A stretch of 64,000 nucleotides of DNA from Cirrosporium novae-zelandiae (GCA_026023565.1 JAPETS010000012.1:1-64000), one strand, 5' to 3'. Positions 11,835-25,286 are shown, counted from the stretch's first letter. The notes: generated by a model from the sequence alone, not told the origin. A program made the numbers and translations.

Positions 11835-13941
11835 GTCCGAGGCAGTTGTGCGTCGTAAAATCAAACGAGCCGGCGTTTTTCCCACCAGGTCACAGACGAG
11901 TATGGTCACAGAATGGAAAAATGTGATGAATAATTCCTGCCCAGCAGGTCCCCCGAGAATGCACAAAGAAGCATCAATATGTCTCTTTTATTTTTTTAGC
12001 GAGCTGGAGGCGTTCGGCCATGAAGGGATGCAGGTATAGGTGCGTAGGATAGGTACCGAGAGCATGCGCATGGACGAAGGTGATATAGATATCAGAAAAA
12101 TAATCCCCAAGATTTAGTTAGAGCTGGAATATTGTAGATTCGTTTCGAGATCATCTCATAACGGTTGAAAAAGGATGGTAAGCCCCAGGCGAATATTCTG
12201 AAAGGCCTGCTTGGAAAGTATTTTGTCGTGATCGTCGAGATCGGAACTGGTTATCGTCAGGCGGGATGCGCAGTAAGGAGATGGACTCAGCAGTACAAGC
12301 CAGGGCAAGCATCAAGCATTGGATTGGCGATAGGTAAGGACAGGAATCAATTGTCTAGGATATTGAATAGATATCAGACCGGCTGAGGTGTGGACAAGTT
12401 GAGCAGTGTTGACAATGTTCGGAGGAAGAATCTATGGTCTGAAATCAACTCAGATAATGTTGGCCAGCCAAAAAAGGAAGGAAGATAACAAGCGCAAAGC
12501 CGTCAAGGCTGCTAGCAACAAGGTCAAGACAAGGTCAAGACAAGGTCAAGGAGTGTTTGGAATTGGAGTTGGAGTATGACTGGTGAGTGAGTGAGTGTAT
12601 GATCCAGGCATTGCATTTAGCAGTAGAGTTGAGTAAGAGAGTGCGAAACTGCGGCTAATGACCAGAACCAGGGAACAGGGGTTTAAGAAACAAGAAACAA
12701 CAGCAGTGTCAAAAGTAACTTGTTGACCTGATAGTCCATTTGTGGAGGAAGGATGTACAAGAGCACGCAAGATCTGTCGTAGTGGTGGTAGTCTATCTCA
12801 CAATGAGCCCTGGACCTGGTCAACTGTCAATAGTCGGCACTTTTTAAACCATGGGGAAGTAAATATTAGGGTCGGTTGCATGGTTACACTGGGTGGGTAT
12901 AACAGTAACAGCTATAAAATCATGCCTGGTTGTCCTTTAATCATATACATCGTCTGAATTCCAGACTTGGTACTGAGCTTAACCTTTCCCAGGATTCTAG
13001 AGAATCCTCATCGGACAAAAACAGCCAATGATGGTTGATGGAGTCGCGACTCTCTACGTTTCACATTTTCTAGCTTGACTTTTTTTGAACCTTTTGTCGG
13101 TCATGACCGCTCCAAAGGTCTAGAAAGAAGAAGTAGACGACGTAACAACGACCTCGTTCCGTTCGTTCCTTTCGTTCCTTTGCACGTGCCTTGTATAAAG
13201 TTATGTCTTTTGTGATCCTTGTACGAGGATGGAATAAATAATAATATTGGGTTGTCTAATATATATATTGTGATACTTGAACTATTGGATCCTAAATCCT
13301 TTACATGACAAACATCGACTCGAGGTTCGGATCGGGGGAAAAACAATATTGACAGAATCTTAGGCATGTGCGTGCTTACCTAGGTAGTGGGTTGAGAGCT
13401 GGGGGAGGGGATGAAACGGTGTCAGGTGGAGAGAGAGGTTAGAAACAGAATCCGTTTTGCTCACTGTCTCTCTCTTCCTTCGGACAATCTAACGCCTTCA
13501 CGTATTAGCTCGCCCATCTTTTATTGCTCTCTCGTGCCTTCTCCCTTTCTTCTATATAATATAACTATGGTGCCTAATATAATAAACAAACAATATTGAA
13601 GAATACATTTATTGTATTCTCAGAATTTGCACGGTCAAGGAAGATGGTCCTATCTCGGCATAACCCCCCTCCCTCCTGACTCCTGCCATGGAAAATATTT
13701 TTTACACATGTTTCGTTTACATGGCAGCTAGCTATCATCATCCTACGATCATCCTCCAAGGCTGGAATAGTGCTGGATGGTTATATCAAATCATAATCCA
13801 ATTGACGACGGTCGTCCATCAACCTGGGCCTCGTCATCTCACTTGAATTAATTAATTGTCTAGGTAATTATCTAAAATAGGTTCAGCCATTATAACAATG
13901 TCAGTTATCATACAAGTAGAGTACACGCCCATCGAAATCAG

Positions 13942-15959
13942 TCACCTGGAACTCATCCTCAATCCACTGGAAATTAGTGGCACCCCATTACCATTGCTGG
14001 GACCTTTTGCTCCCACTCCTCCCTGCACCCCATTCCCATTCCTGTTCGCTTGTCCAAACATTCTTAGTGCCCCTCCCCCGAGTGCCTGTCCTTGTCTCAT
14101 ACCCTCACTCTCCAGTTTTTGTCTTGCCAGGACCCCCACTTCAGAGTTTGTACTCTCCTGGCTACCCCGCCTCGAGAGCCCCCCGGTTCCTCCCGGCGTC
14201 ATCAGTCCTCGCAGCGATCCCGCCCTTCGCGTCGGTAATTCCCCATCCCCCGCCGTAAGCACATAAATCAAGTATTTGAGATTTGGAAGTGTGTGCCGGA
14301 TATCTAGCACCTTGAGATTTTGGCGATTGATAAGGAGCTCGATGTCCTTGTTGAGCAGAAACACCCCGTACTCAAATTTGTATCTGGCAGAAGGGTGAAG
14401 GAGGTACGTTCGTTGCGCAATCGATTGGGAGATCGGATCCGAAATTAATGAGTGTGATGAAAATGGCTTGATTGGATAGTATAATGGTATTGACAGATAC
14501 AAGGCGAGCAAGTGAACAAGATGAGCCACATAGCCAAGTGCCGCCGCCGTCACTGCCTCATCCACCTCCTCGAAGGCAGACGAAATGGGAAGAGGAAGAC
14601 CAGCGATAGTAAAAGCCAAAGGTTTATTAGAGACCGGCTCGATGGGGTATATACGCATCAGATCCTCGGATATGCGCCGTATCTGTCCCGCTTTAATAGC
14701 CGTGTTCTTATCCACTAGCCCCTTGCAGTCTTTTAATTTTGATTGATTACTGGAGAGGAAGTCGGCTGCATTCGCTTGAGTTTGTCGGCCTTTGGCCATA
14801 GCCTCTCGTCGCTTGCGAAGACTGAGCTGGAGATCAGTACGTTTTAGGGTCGCTTGTCGCACTTGTTTGCGTTCGAGTTGGACAAGACGTTGGACAGACT
14901 TTACGGCTTCTTGCTTTTCCTCTTTTGCACGGAGAATCCTGATGAATCCTCCATGTTCCTCCAGAATCTTGTTGATATCAGAAGCCAATTTCTCTCTTGT
15001 TGCCAATGCATCTTGGATACAATCATCGAGATTCGACAACCGCATCAAATAGTCATAAGACGAGGTTGGCTGCACGCCATGCAAACCAGACTTCTGGCCC
15101 CTCAAAGGAGGCTGTGTTGTTTCAGGCGGAATATCAACGAAATTTGTATAAATCCCATCAGGCAAATGGAAGATGATACAATTTGGCGGAAGAGGATGAT
15201 GAAATCCCTCTAGGGTCTTCCCAATAAACTGTAACGATCTCAGATGCATATGTAGCTCAAGCAGTAGAATGAAATTGTCCATAGTCTCGCTCTTTGCCCA
15301 GAGCTTAACTGTCAATTCGTCAAGTCGCGAAATTGCCGGTCCACACATATTGAGATCGAAGAATTGGAAATTTGGATTCATGGCCTTCTTCGCCATCTCG
15401 CTCACATAAATGGGGTCCTCGAGGCCGGGACAGTGTAGGGAGAACCATGTATCGGGCATCCGAGCCCCAATAACATCTTCAAGTTTCTTCTGTCGGGCAT
15501 CAGGACTTGCGTCTGACCAGTTGAGTGTGCTTCGTCGACGTAGTATTCCAGCTGGAGGTCTTTTTGTATCGTTTGCATGATATCCAATTGCGCCATTGGT
15601 GGATAGAGTATCATTCGATTTCAAATCTGTGTAGGAATGGGAATGTTCGAGTTTCTTTGTATCATGCTGGGAAAGGATTTTGGCCGGAGAACGAAGGGAT
15701 GTGGGTAAAGATTCATCGTCTATGGTTCGACCTCTGGACCGACCGCCCGAGGTGGGAGTCAGGGTGATATTGCGGATGGAGATACCTTGAAGATGACGGA
15801 GTTTGCGATTCTAGGAGGGGTCATGTTTAGCTAATGGTAAGGTATTTGAATAGCTGAAGATATGCATACAGACGATAAAAGATATGGTCTCCCATGAACT
15901 CTCGTAGGAAATTCTGAGTATTGTGCGACGTTCGTCCTGTTATTCGTAGTAGGCGACAT
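13942..15959 (-). CDS. UVRAG/Vps38-like subunit of PI3K complex II. Exons 15959-15870, 15810-13942
   Basis: NRKLRHLQGISIRNI, IYVSEMAKKAMNPNFQFFDL, coiled coil, AAALGYVAHLV...FEYGVFLLNKDIE (Atg14/UVRAG-family domain). Confidence 0.88.
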
Positions 15960-16337
15960 CTTATGCGCCTGGGGGAAGCGCGCGGGCTTCTTAGGCACAG
16001 GGGACAAGGTTCCCCAGGATACCAGTCATGAGTTATAATTCTTGAGACGAGGGCATTACTGAAGTTTACAACGAATTGTGATAAATTATTAGAAATAGAA
16101 GTAGTAGATGCCTTAGCTTCGTATCAGGATTCGTGGGTGGTGGTGTTCGGATGAAGCTTGAACCAAAGGAATTCTGATTCCACATCCCCAAGATCGGTAA
16201 CGGCAAACCTCGAAATCCGGAGCCCATTTCCAAATTTCTCAATCAACCACCACCTCTCCGCTCTTTATTGTGAACATTGGCCCTTGATACACCATGCACA
16301 GGCCCAATTGTTCGTAATCCCGCATTTCAGTCCAGAG

Positions 16338-17273
16338 ATGTCTCAGGCCACATTTAGAAAAACTGCTTCAGCGGCGGTGGAGAGCACACTACCACATGGC
16401 CAACGAATCTACGTTTATCGGCAATACCGAACAAACCAAATTCTTTACTCTCTTACCCGGGTGCTTGATGTATACCTCCCCCGATTATATTCTCTGAAAT
16501 ATTCTCAATGCTAAGAAGTTCAACCCCTCTAGCCCAAAGCCCTCCAACAGCTGCCATGTTTAGGCAAAAAAACTATTCCTCCTGGTCTCCGCAAAGACAT
16601 GTGGCAACCGTTTGCGCGCCTAACCTTTTCCCATCCGGATCTTGGGTTGTCTGCTTATCGTATGCTTCGCGAGTTTCGAAAACGTCACGAGCTGGAATAC
16701 CCTCTCGAGACTATCACATACAAAGAAGGGAACTTCAAGGGCCGTCTCATGAACAGGAAGGATAGGGCCAAGGTTCTGATGGATCAAAAAGCGAATAGTG
16801 TAGCGGACATGGCCGCTGTGCTGTTGAAGCAGGCGAGTCCGCCCGATCCGGAGAAGCTAGAGAAGTTGAAGTCGCTGAAGGAGGGGAGAGAGAAAAATAA
16901 GGGCTACAAGGCCAAGTTTACGAATCGAGTGGTGATTCCGCAGACGGGAAAGATAGTTGCAAGAGCGAGGCTGCCCAATGAAATCAGTATATCACATAAA
17001 TACGATATCCCGGATAGGGATAGAGGGCAGATGGCCTTGCGGTGGGAGGACATGAAGGGCCCAGTGGAGATTCTGTGGAAGGATACGTGGGATAAGGAAC
17101 ATGCTACAGAGTGGCCTGAAGACACAATTCATGGAGAACTGCACGTCGTGCGGCATCATCTTCTTGGTCAAAAGCCAAAGATTGAAGAGGAAAAAACACG
17201 CAAACCAGGCATGCTACAAAAACTCAGGAATAAAATAGGCCGGAAAAAGGAACCCGTTCCTATTGTAGACTAA
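16338..17273 (+). CDS. MHR1: Mitochondrial homologous recombination protein / mitoribosomal mL67. Exons 16338-16469, 16533-17273
   Basis: HGQRIYVY...NQILYSLT, GKKTIPPGLRKDMWQPF, AYRMLREFRKRHEL, LMDQKANSVADMAAVL. Confidence 0.85.
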
Positions 17274-17797
17274 GTGTACATGTATTAATATCAACAAAGC
17301 CTTGAAGTCTCCTCCAGCAGAGGTAGTCATTTATAAGTCTAGTCGTTAGAACCACATTTCTCGATCCATTTGCTACAGGAGAGTATAAAATCCCAGCCCT
17401 CCGAAACATATCATCGAACCTTTAATACCATAGAAACCCGTTGAAACCGGAGGGGCTTTACACGTATAGATTCCCAGATCTATTCAAGCTTCCGATGAGA
17501 CCGGCTGATCCCCTGGTGCTCTTCCCAGTCAAACGATTGTGGTGGTGTACATGACAGCAAACCTGGCGAGTTCATGAAAAAAAGACATTCACGCCTAGGC
17601 ATAAAAGCTAAAAACCTCATAGCTCTCTCCATAGAAGCTTTGATGAAATTCTCACCCTTTAGAAAAATGACGTAAAGCTTCCCTGTGCGCCCCATCCACG
17701 CTACCGTAATTTGCAAATACGCCCACGCTCATCTGAACAAAAGTCCACTTTCTCATAAGAAAGATATCTCATATTGTCATCCACCCCTAGGTCATTG

Positions 17798-19584
17798 TCA
17801 CTTATGGACATCGGGGGGTGGTGTCAACTCAGGCCCTGGTTCCTTTTCCGATTCTTCCCGTATGATCGCCGCCCGTTCAGGACTCCCAATGTCTCCTTTC
17901 TCTCCTTTAACTTCTATCGTCTTCTTTGCTTCTGCTACGATATGATCCGCCTCGCTAACACCGCCTTCCTTGGTTGGAGGATCCCCTTCAACCCCGATTG
18001 GTCCTGCCTTTTTATCTAGAGAGTTCTGGACTAGTTTGTTGTTGTCAAAACGAACTATCATCACAGTGACATTGTCGGTAGAGAATCGGCTCATTGCATG
18101 ATCAACAAGAACCTTGGAGGCAGCTTGAGGGTCAGTTTGATTGCGAATCAAGTCAACGGCTTCCTGATCAGTGCAAACATCCCAAAGCTAGAGAAAATTA
18201 ATTAGTATATGTTAAATAAAAGGGAAGAGACTTCACTTACACCATCGCAGGCCAAGATCAAGAATTCATCCATGTCTGGTTGAATGACTGTCTCAGTAGT
18301 ATAAGGATGACCAGTAACCAGATCCTTCATATACGAGTCACCAAGAGCTCGAGTAACGGCAAGAACCCCATTAACACGGTTATTTAGAATCAGCCCTCCA
18401 GCATTGGCAATACGTTTCCCTTCATTCTCGTCGCTTCCCTTGTGGTCATAGGAGAGACGAAGAGCCTTGCCGTTACGACATAAGACGATCCTAGCATCGC
18501 CCACATTTGCAGTGTACAGAACTCGATGGCGAGAGGCAGATTCTTGTAATTTCGGAAGAGCGGCTGTAGCGTTAGAAATAGAAGCTGCGGTTTGGTTAAC
18601 AACCCCGGTTAGCTGAGAATCCGAAATCGAGTGATCCGACATCGCCTTGGCAACGGCAGCTGCGGCGGGCGCGATGGATGTAGAACCAGTAGCAGAATTG
18701 GGGTTAGGTATCCGATCTTCCCATCTTAGGACGGCACAGACTGCAGTACAACCGCTGTTCTTCAAAGGTAGCTTTTCAAGTTGTTGATCAACAGTAGTAA
18801 AGGTCTGATCAAGAAGTTCTGGAATTGGGGTATTAGGATTCTTCCGAATGGCCTCTTCTAGAAGGACATGAAGCTTCTTTCCACACCATTCCGCTGCAAA
18901 TGTCCCAGCATGGCCATCAAAAATCGAGAAGTAGCCATTGTCGGTCTCCACAACGGGAGCTGAGCTTAAGTCAAGCGAACTGCTTTCTTTATCAGGCAAA
19001 GACTTATCCTTTGTAGGCTTTGGCGATTTCGGTGACTTTAGTTCCAGCTCAAGGGCTGGAGCAGGGGTGCCAAGGAAGTTGTAGAGATATGCATGAGTAT
19101 CCTCCATAGTTCTCCGGCATTTCTTATTTCTATCTTCTGTCACTCCGACCTTGAATGAAGATCTTGGACCTGGATGTGAGTCTCCAGCAGAGTTGTTCAG
19201 CGACCCTTGAGGTACATTAAGTACCGGGTCTGTTTTCCCTAGCTTCTGCATTGGTGTCTGTGGGGCAGAGTTTGAATCGTTAGATGAGTTGTGGGTATGT
19301 GAGAGATGAAGTGAGTTTTTGGCACTTGAAAATAGAGCGGTTGCACGAGCAACACCACTACTCCGCCTCTTTTTCTCAGTGACTGGGGTAGGGTCTTCAG
19401 CGGCCTTTTTCACCGCGGGGCTTTTACCAACACCATCTTTCTTTGCCCCATCATCAAGGTGTTCTGTCCCTTCGACCACACTATCCGGCACTGATGGACT
19501 GCGAGATTTTCGATCCGCAGGTGAAGATAACGGTTCCTCTGTTACTGCTTCTTCTTTCGGTGGACTTGATGAGCTACCGAACAT
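17798..19584 (-). CDS. PTC1: Protein phosphatase 2C (Ptc1 type). Exons 19584-18241, 18187-17798
   Basis: [63 protein letters not shown]. Confidence 0.93.
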
Positions 19585-19736
19585 CCTGTTCAGCAAGCTT
19601 CCTTGGCCGGAAAGGCTTCGGCGCTTGCTTCCAGCCAGGTTGATGGAGTGTCACGCGAAAACCCACTTTGGGCAAATATAATAAGAAGCAATTGAGAAGG
19701 ATACGGAATGCAAGGGCTGCAACCGTCAGGCTGCAA

Positions 19737-19764
19737 GGGGGGGGGGGGGGGGGGGGGGGGGGGG
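19737..19764 (+). repeat. Poly-G(28) homopolymer upstream of PTC1
   Basis: Read directly. Confidence 0.9.
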
Positions 19765-22141
19765 TTTGTTTTTGACTTCTTGATGTTTTAAATATTATGG
19801 CAGCTTTTCAGGTACCTTTTGAACTACGGTAAGCTAGGAACATCAATAAAAAAGTGAGTTATGAGGCAGAATTAGCCATTAAACCTACGAGTCTAACAGT
19901 GCCTCTCTCAGAGTCTGATGACAGCCACCAGGGGATTTTTTTTTCTAATTTCACAGCGTGCGAAGGCTTCTTGAAAAGCGGGATGATGACGGCGCGCGTC
20001 GCAGGAAGTGCGGTACAGCGAGTGAGTGGTTATGAGCCTATGAAGCCTATGACGATGCTTGGCAGACAGAATTGCCCGTTGCCAAATAGAAAAGCAATGG
20101 ATTTGGGAGAGAATAGATAGGATAGAGGTTACCAGGGTATTAAAATGGGGGGGGAAATAAGTTTTGATTGTTTGTGAGACAAAGATTATGAATTATGGTC
20201 ATTTGAGGGGGGGGGTTTGTTGGCTGTATCTGCCTGGGAGACCTGGAGGACATGAAAAAGGATGTCTGGCTTGGTCTGGCTGGTTGGTCTTTCTCTGTCT
20301 GTCTGGCCCTGTTTGGGTGCCGTGGGTGCCTCTGACGGAGTTGGAGCCCCCTTGTTAACACCGAGAAAGTGGGGTCGGACAACGGACTTTTTTTGCTACT
20401 TCCCTTTTTACTGTGTACTACTCAGGTCCTAATAATAGACTGTTACCAGACTACCATATCCAGTAGTTCTAGGTGTGACAGGCAACCATGTGAGCTTGAG
20501 AGTCCAGAAAGGAAAGGTTGAAGTTGTGTAAATTGTGTAAATTCTAAAAAAACCATCCAAGCAATTTTATATCTGGCACTTCTAGCACTGTAGTAATTAA
20601 TAAAATCCGACAGGACAGGCCCCCCCTCCCCCCTTAGGGTTGTGGCGGTTGACATCTTCAGTACCACGGTACCCAGCTGTCCCGAGCCCGGACCAGATAG
20701 CTATCCTGGCGTCCTGGCTCCCAAATAGACTTATTTGATCAGAGAAAAATTTATGGACCTCCTTCCCAGCAATGTGGAAATGTCCATCTTTTCTCCAATC
20801 CCCATATTTGCACTTTACTCAATTAACTACTAAGGTGGCACATACTAACGGTCAATCTATAGTACACCAGATTTCTTGGTCTTGGCATTTTGGGCACCTC
20901 ATGTGGGCACTTACAATCTCCGCCAGTATTCGGGACATTTGGGACATAGTAATCTTTGTACCACCTCTGGATACCCAAATCAATTTATCTCGTACTTGAC
21001 ACAAGAAACATACTTGATTGATCGTCTTAAACTAGACAGAAAAAAAATCTGTTATTTCGATCTTTTATGAAACGGCCGTCGCAAAAGAATCACGACGTAT
21101 CAATTCAATCCGAGCTCCACCTTGACCTTTCCGGATGCCTTCAATATCCCATAATGTCATCATGCTCCACCACTTGCATCTTCCACAGTGACGACCTTGA
21201 TTTACCGGTGCTGGATAAGAGAACATTATAATTAGCAGCTGTTTTTTTAGGCGTAGTTCCATGGCTTTATTGTGGAAAGGCCCTGAAAAGTTCATTTCTC
21301 TAATGACGCCCAGAATTTCATATGCCATACCTTGATAAATCCAATATCCTGGCTCTTTTCGCGGAAACATTGACGGCAGATGTTCTGAAGAAAGTTAGGC
21401 CAAGATCCTAAGATATCAACAGCAGCCTTTTAGAAAAACAAACCATTCCATATTTGCGGATAAGACCAGCCTTGGATTATCCATTAGTTACAACGTATTC
21501 TGTAATCTCATGAATGTCGTCAGCTTACACGGTGGGTGCAGACCTATACATAGATGTGTCAGTTATAATTTCAACAGTGTCTTTGATCCACTCACCCTGC
21601 ACTGTCTGCTTCCCTTTCCGTAGGAGCGAGGCCTGCTATACCAAATGGATTCGTGAGACATTTTGGAAAGTTGGACGAGGGGTAATCGTAACTACCAATT
21701 CAGAACGTTAGTAAGTCTCAATCTTAGAGTAAATATTTTGTTTGAGCTAGATCACAGAACAAGGGATGTAGGAGAGCAGTGTGTAGGAATAGCTCAAGTC
21801 ACAAAAGTTTACTGTGGGCCCTACTAAATCCAATCTTGCTAGTTTTACAAGCAAACAAAAGGCATTTCAGCAATACTTACAGAATAGTATGGCAGTAAAT
21901 TCGTAGGTCGTTGAGGAATAGATGGTGTTCTCGTCGTCGGTTGTTTTGTGAATTGGGTGATTCAAGAATTCTTGAGGAAAGTGTGGGTGCCAAGATTTTA
22001 GTCTCGAAGCGGTTATGTAAGCGAGGCTAGCGCTCTTCTGTGATGAATGTTATCAGTTAGGGAGCTTCAGCAATTATTACAACAGTATGGGTGAGGAACA
22101 ACAACACCTCTTAATTTTTCTCATAACCCTCAAAAATAGTC

Positions 22142-22593
22142 ATGGTTGGTATTCAGAAAACATCTATATATGGCAATCAGCAAACTAAGTCAATTTCTAG
22201 TCCAGAGATTCCTCTCGAACTTACATCCACCTTCCCCAACCCCGCATAGCGGACCTTTTCGAGGTACATCTCTCCACCAAACGTACCCTCCCCTTCCCAG
22301 ACTAATTCCTATCTTAGGAGTTCACCCGAGCCCCTCATCTGCCTGACGAACTCATTTATGTTCCCCCACAGTATCAACCACTCAACCCTGAAGACGAAGA
22401 CGATGTGGTACCAGACCAACATGCCGCCTTTGGGATCCAGAAAGCTACACAATCGAAAAAGGAACCGGCATGGCGCGACTTGGGGTTGAAAGAGTTAGTA
22501 GACCAAGGACCAGGGAAAGGAGAAACAAATGTAAAAGCAAAATTGGAGAAAGGTGGACAGAAAGGGTGGGGCGGAGGAAAGATGCCTAGGTGA
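22142..22593 (+). CDS. APC13: Anaphase-promoting complex subunit Apc13/Swm1. Exons 22142-22144 (ATG only), 22201-22263, 22318-22593; alternative start at 22087
   Basis: M|SRDSSRTYIHLPQPRIADLFE|EFTRAPHLPDELIYVPPQYQPLNPEDEDDVVPDQHAAFGIQKATQSKKEPAWRDLGL resembles the fungal Apc13 pattern. Confidence 0.8.
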
Positions 22594-22807
22594 TGAGATC
22601 GAATCTCCTGGGACTAGATTGATGCGACAGTGAATTGAGGACAATGGATTCTGGAATCCCTCGATGATAAGACTAAGGCTATAAATCTAAGCCGACTAAA
22701 ACTGGTACTTCTCTGGACACCAAAAACCTTCATGCCCCCGAGACCTCCCAAAACTGCGGCCAAGGCCAATATATTTTACAAAAACTTGATGTCCATAGCG
22801 CAAGTCA

Positions 22808-24969
22808 TTATATCCGGATAATATCGACCCTTGTTCGTTCGTACATTTTATGTCCAACCATTTTCCCTGCTTGGCGCTCCTCGTCAGTCACTTCCCTTGC
22901 GTTTACCGTTAATTGCGCATATGTTCCTGGGCCCCTTCGCTTTGAGAGATGACCTGGATTTATTACAAGGACACTTTCAACCACCTGGTAGAATTGTTAA
23001 TGTCTGGAAAGCAATCGAGATGTCATTGTGGTATTTACCTTAGCAAAAGGTGACAACGCGCTAGGCGTGATCAGGATGTCCGGCCTCACTCTCAACCACT
23101 CCCCCAGCTTTAAATAGCTCGTATCCAGCATCGATCCCATAGCTACACCGTTTTCGATACCAGACTTGGGAAGATCTGCCCGTGCCATAGGAGGAAACAA
23201 CGGAAAGAAGTGCCGTTGCTCGATTATATGGCGAGGTAACCTTGCCAAAACATTGCTTTCAGATGGCTTTCCGCCAATAACCTCCGATCTTCGGAGCTCA
23301 TACAGAATATCCTGAGAGGAAATACCAACAGCAAATTCGTTGAAAGATAGGGTCACTGGATTTGAAACGGGCTTTGCCTGCTTCGGGAGGCCAAGGTCTT
23401 TTCTAATAAAACTTTCTTGTGGCCAAGAGACGTGTTTACTGATAGCATCTCGCGTTGAAGGAATAAGAATGATAGTAATGCTTGGAACGGATTCAGCGAG
23501 CCGTTTCAACATGGAACCAATGAGATGACGGAATACAGTCGACAGCGTCGCATCGTCTGGATCTATACCCGCGATTTCAGGTAGATCAATGTCACCCGTA
23601 GCTAGAAGCGGATGTTCAAGGTCCAGAAATGGACCTGTTAAGACAAGAGCATCTACATATACCTCACTTGCCTTCTCACATAAAGCTTGTAGGGGTTCGA
23701 ATGCAAGATTGTCATCTGCAGTATAGGGACCAGATGCTATTAGGATTTGTAGGGGCTGAGAACTTTCGCTCATATCACCGTGCAGTCGCTCATTCACAGC
23801 ATCAAGAGATTTTGGTAGGGATGCAGCAGGTGGTAATAGAGGAACAGTCAAAATTTCCGAAACAGTGAAGTAATCACTAGCGGGATTGATACCTCGTAAA
23901 GCAACGATCTGGCCTGGGAAAAACTCATATGCTGGAAGCTTGTCTACTCTCAGGGGCACTCGGAGGCCTGCTCCTGTGCGCCTCGAGACCTCTAAGACTA
24001 ACGACGCAGCATTAAGCTTCCCGTCAATGGAATCCGATGCAATTCTCCCGACAGTAACAATCTCACTTGTACTCTGGCTTGCAGCATTTCCAAAAGCAGA
24101 ATCTTCTAACCCATGATGGGCTTGGATTATAGACATAAATTCATCTATTCGATCATCTAGTACTTCTGAAGCTTCCGATAGATGCATTGCCATGGGTTTG
24201 TAGCCAAACTTCTTTAGATCTGTATTGGCCGTAAGTCGAATTCGTGGCTCTGGTGCTGGCGCAATGGGGGGTTTCGGCATGGGTAACTGGTCGTTAAGGG
24301 CTTCAATCACCTGTCCACTATTCGTTCGATCCTTGAATGCTGACGGCCTTGGATCATTTAGCATTGTTCCACTCGGGGGTTGAATGGGGGCATATAACTT
24401 ACGGCTGACCATTGAATGTGTCGTCTGGATTTCGAGAAAGAGTTTTGGCGTCATGCGGAGAAGCTACTAATGCTGCTCGACTTGCTTTTGAGGCTGATGG
24501 TGTCTCGAAACCGGCTTTCCTCTTTGTTGAACTAATACGATTTCCGCTATGTGGTGTATTTGGGACAAGGCCATCCAGCCTGAGCAAGATGTCAGTAGCT
24601 GACATGGTTTCTCCATATTTCAGATACCTACATGCCAAAAACATCACCGTTGTTGTTTTTCGTTATTGTACGAGGTGTCGCAGTCGGCCCATTTCTTCGT
24701 TCATTATGTCTCGCATTAGCCCTTCCTTTGCTTTCTCTTTCTAGCGTATCCTGTACATCCTGCTTGAATGCTCTTGCGGTATCAAGGTTCAGTTTCGTCT
24801 CCTCGGAGCCCATCTTTAAGCAATAAGATTCCCATTTGTAAAATAGTTCTTGTGCGGAGATGCCGTGTATCCGCAAAATGGATTGAAGTTCGCTCATCAC
24901 TTCAGGAGGAATTGAATTTGAGGCTGAGGGCCCGAATAAATTTATGATTTCTTCTGTAGTGGAAGCCAT
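22808..24969 (-). CDS. POL12: DNA polymerase alpha/primase B subunit. Exons 24969-24632, 24579-24403, 24347-23039, 22984-22808
   Basis: ELFYKWESYCLKMG, VGRIASDS, FFPGQIVALRGIN, IASGPYT, LTGPFLD, PDILITPSAL, INPGHLSK. Confidence 0.94.
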
Positions 24970-25058
24970 GTTGCACTCGTTGTATAGTAGTGACTGTGAA
25001 CTGTGGACTGTGGACTGTAGACTGTGGTATAATATATCTTGGTTTGTAAATTGACGAT

Positions 25059-25081
25059 ACGCGGGTTTCGCGTTCACGCGT
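25059..25081. promoter_or_regulatory. MCB-like (ACGCGT / CGCG) cluster in the POL12 promoter
   Basis: acgcgggtttcgcgttcacgcgt: one perfect ACGCGT and two further CGCG cores about 90-110 bp upstream of the ATG. Confidence 0.55.
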
Positions 25082-25286
25082 CGAGCTTATCGGTCGAAAG
25101 CTTATCTTAGCTCCCTGACTTCAACATCCCCTGATGCCTGGCAGCCTGATCCTGTATCCTCCCTCCTTGAAGCCAAACTGTCTTCTAATAGAATGGACAC
25201 ATATATTTTTCTGATACCCTATAAATTATAGGCTTTTAATAATGCCCCGAGCCTTCGAATTTATCTCCGTAAGTGATATTTAAATA

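Noticed and set aside
12518..12550. CAAGGTCAAGA x3 as a CRISPR-like repeat
   Set aside because: Simple 11-bp tandem repeat without spacers in a eukaryotic genome
20684..20950. Imperfect GC hairpin (20684-20720) and GGGCAC/GGGACA short repeats as transposon ends
   Set aside because: No matching TIR pair, TSD or Helitron CTRR terminus could be identified
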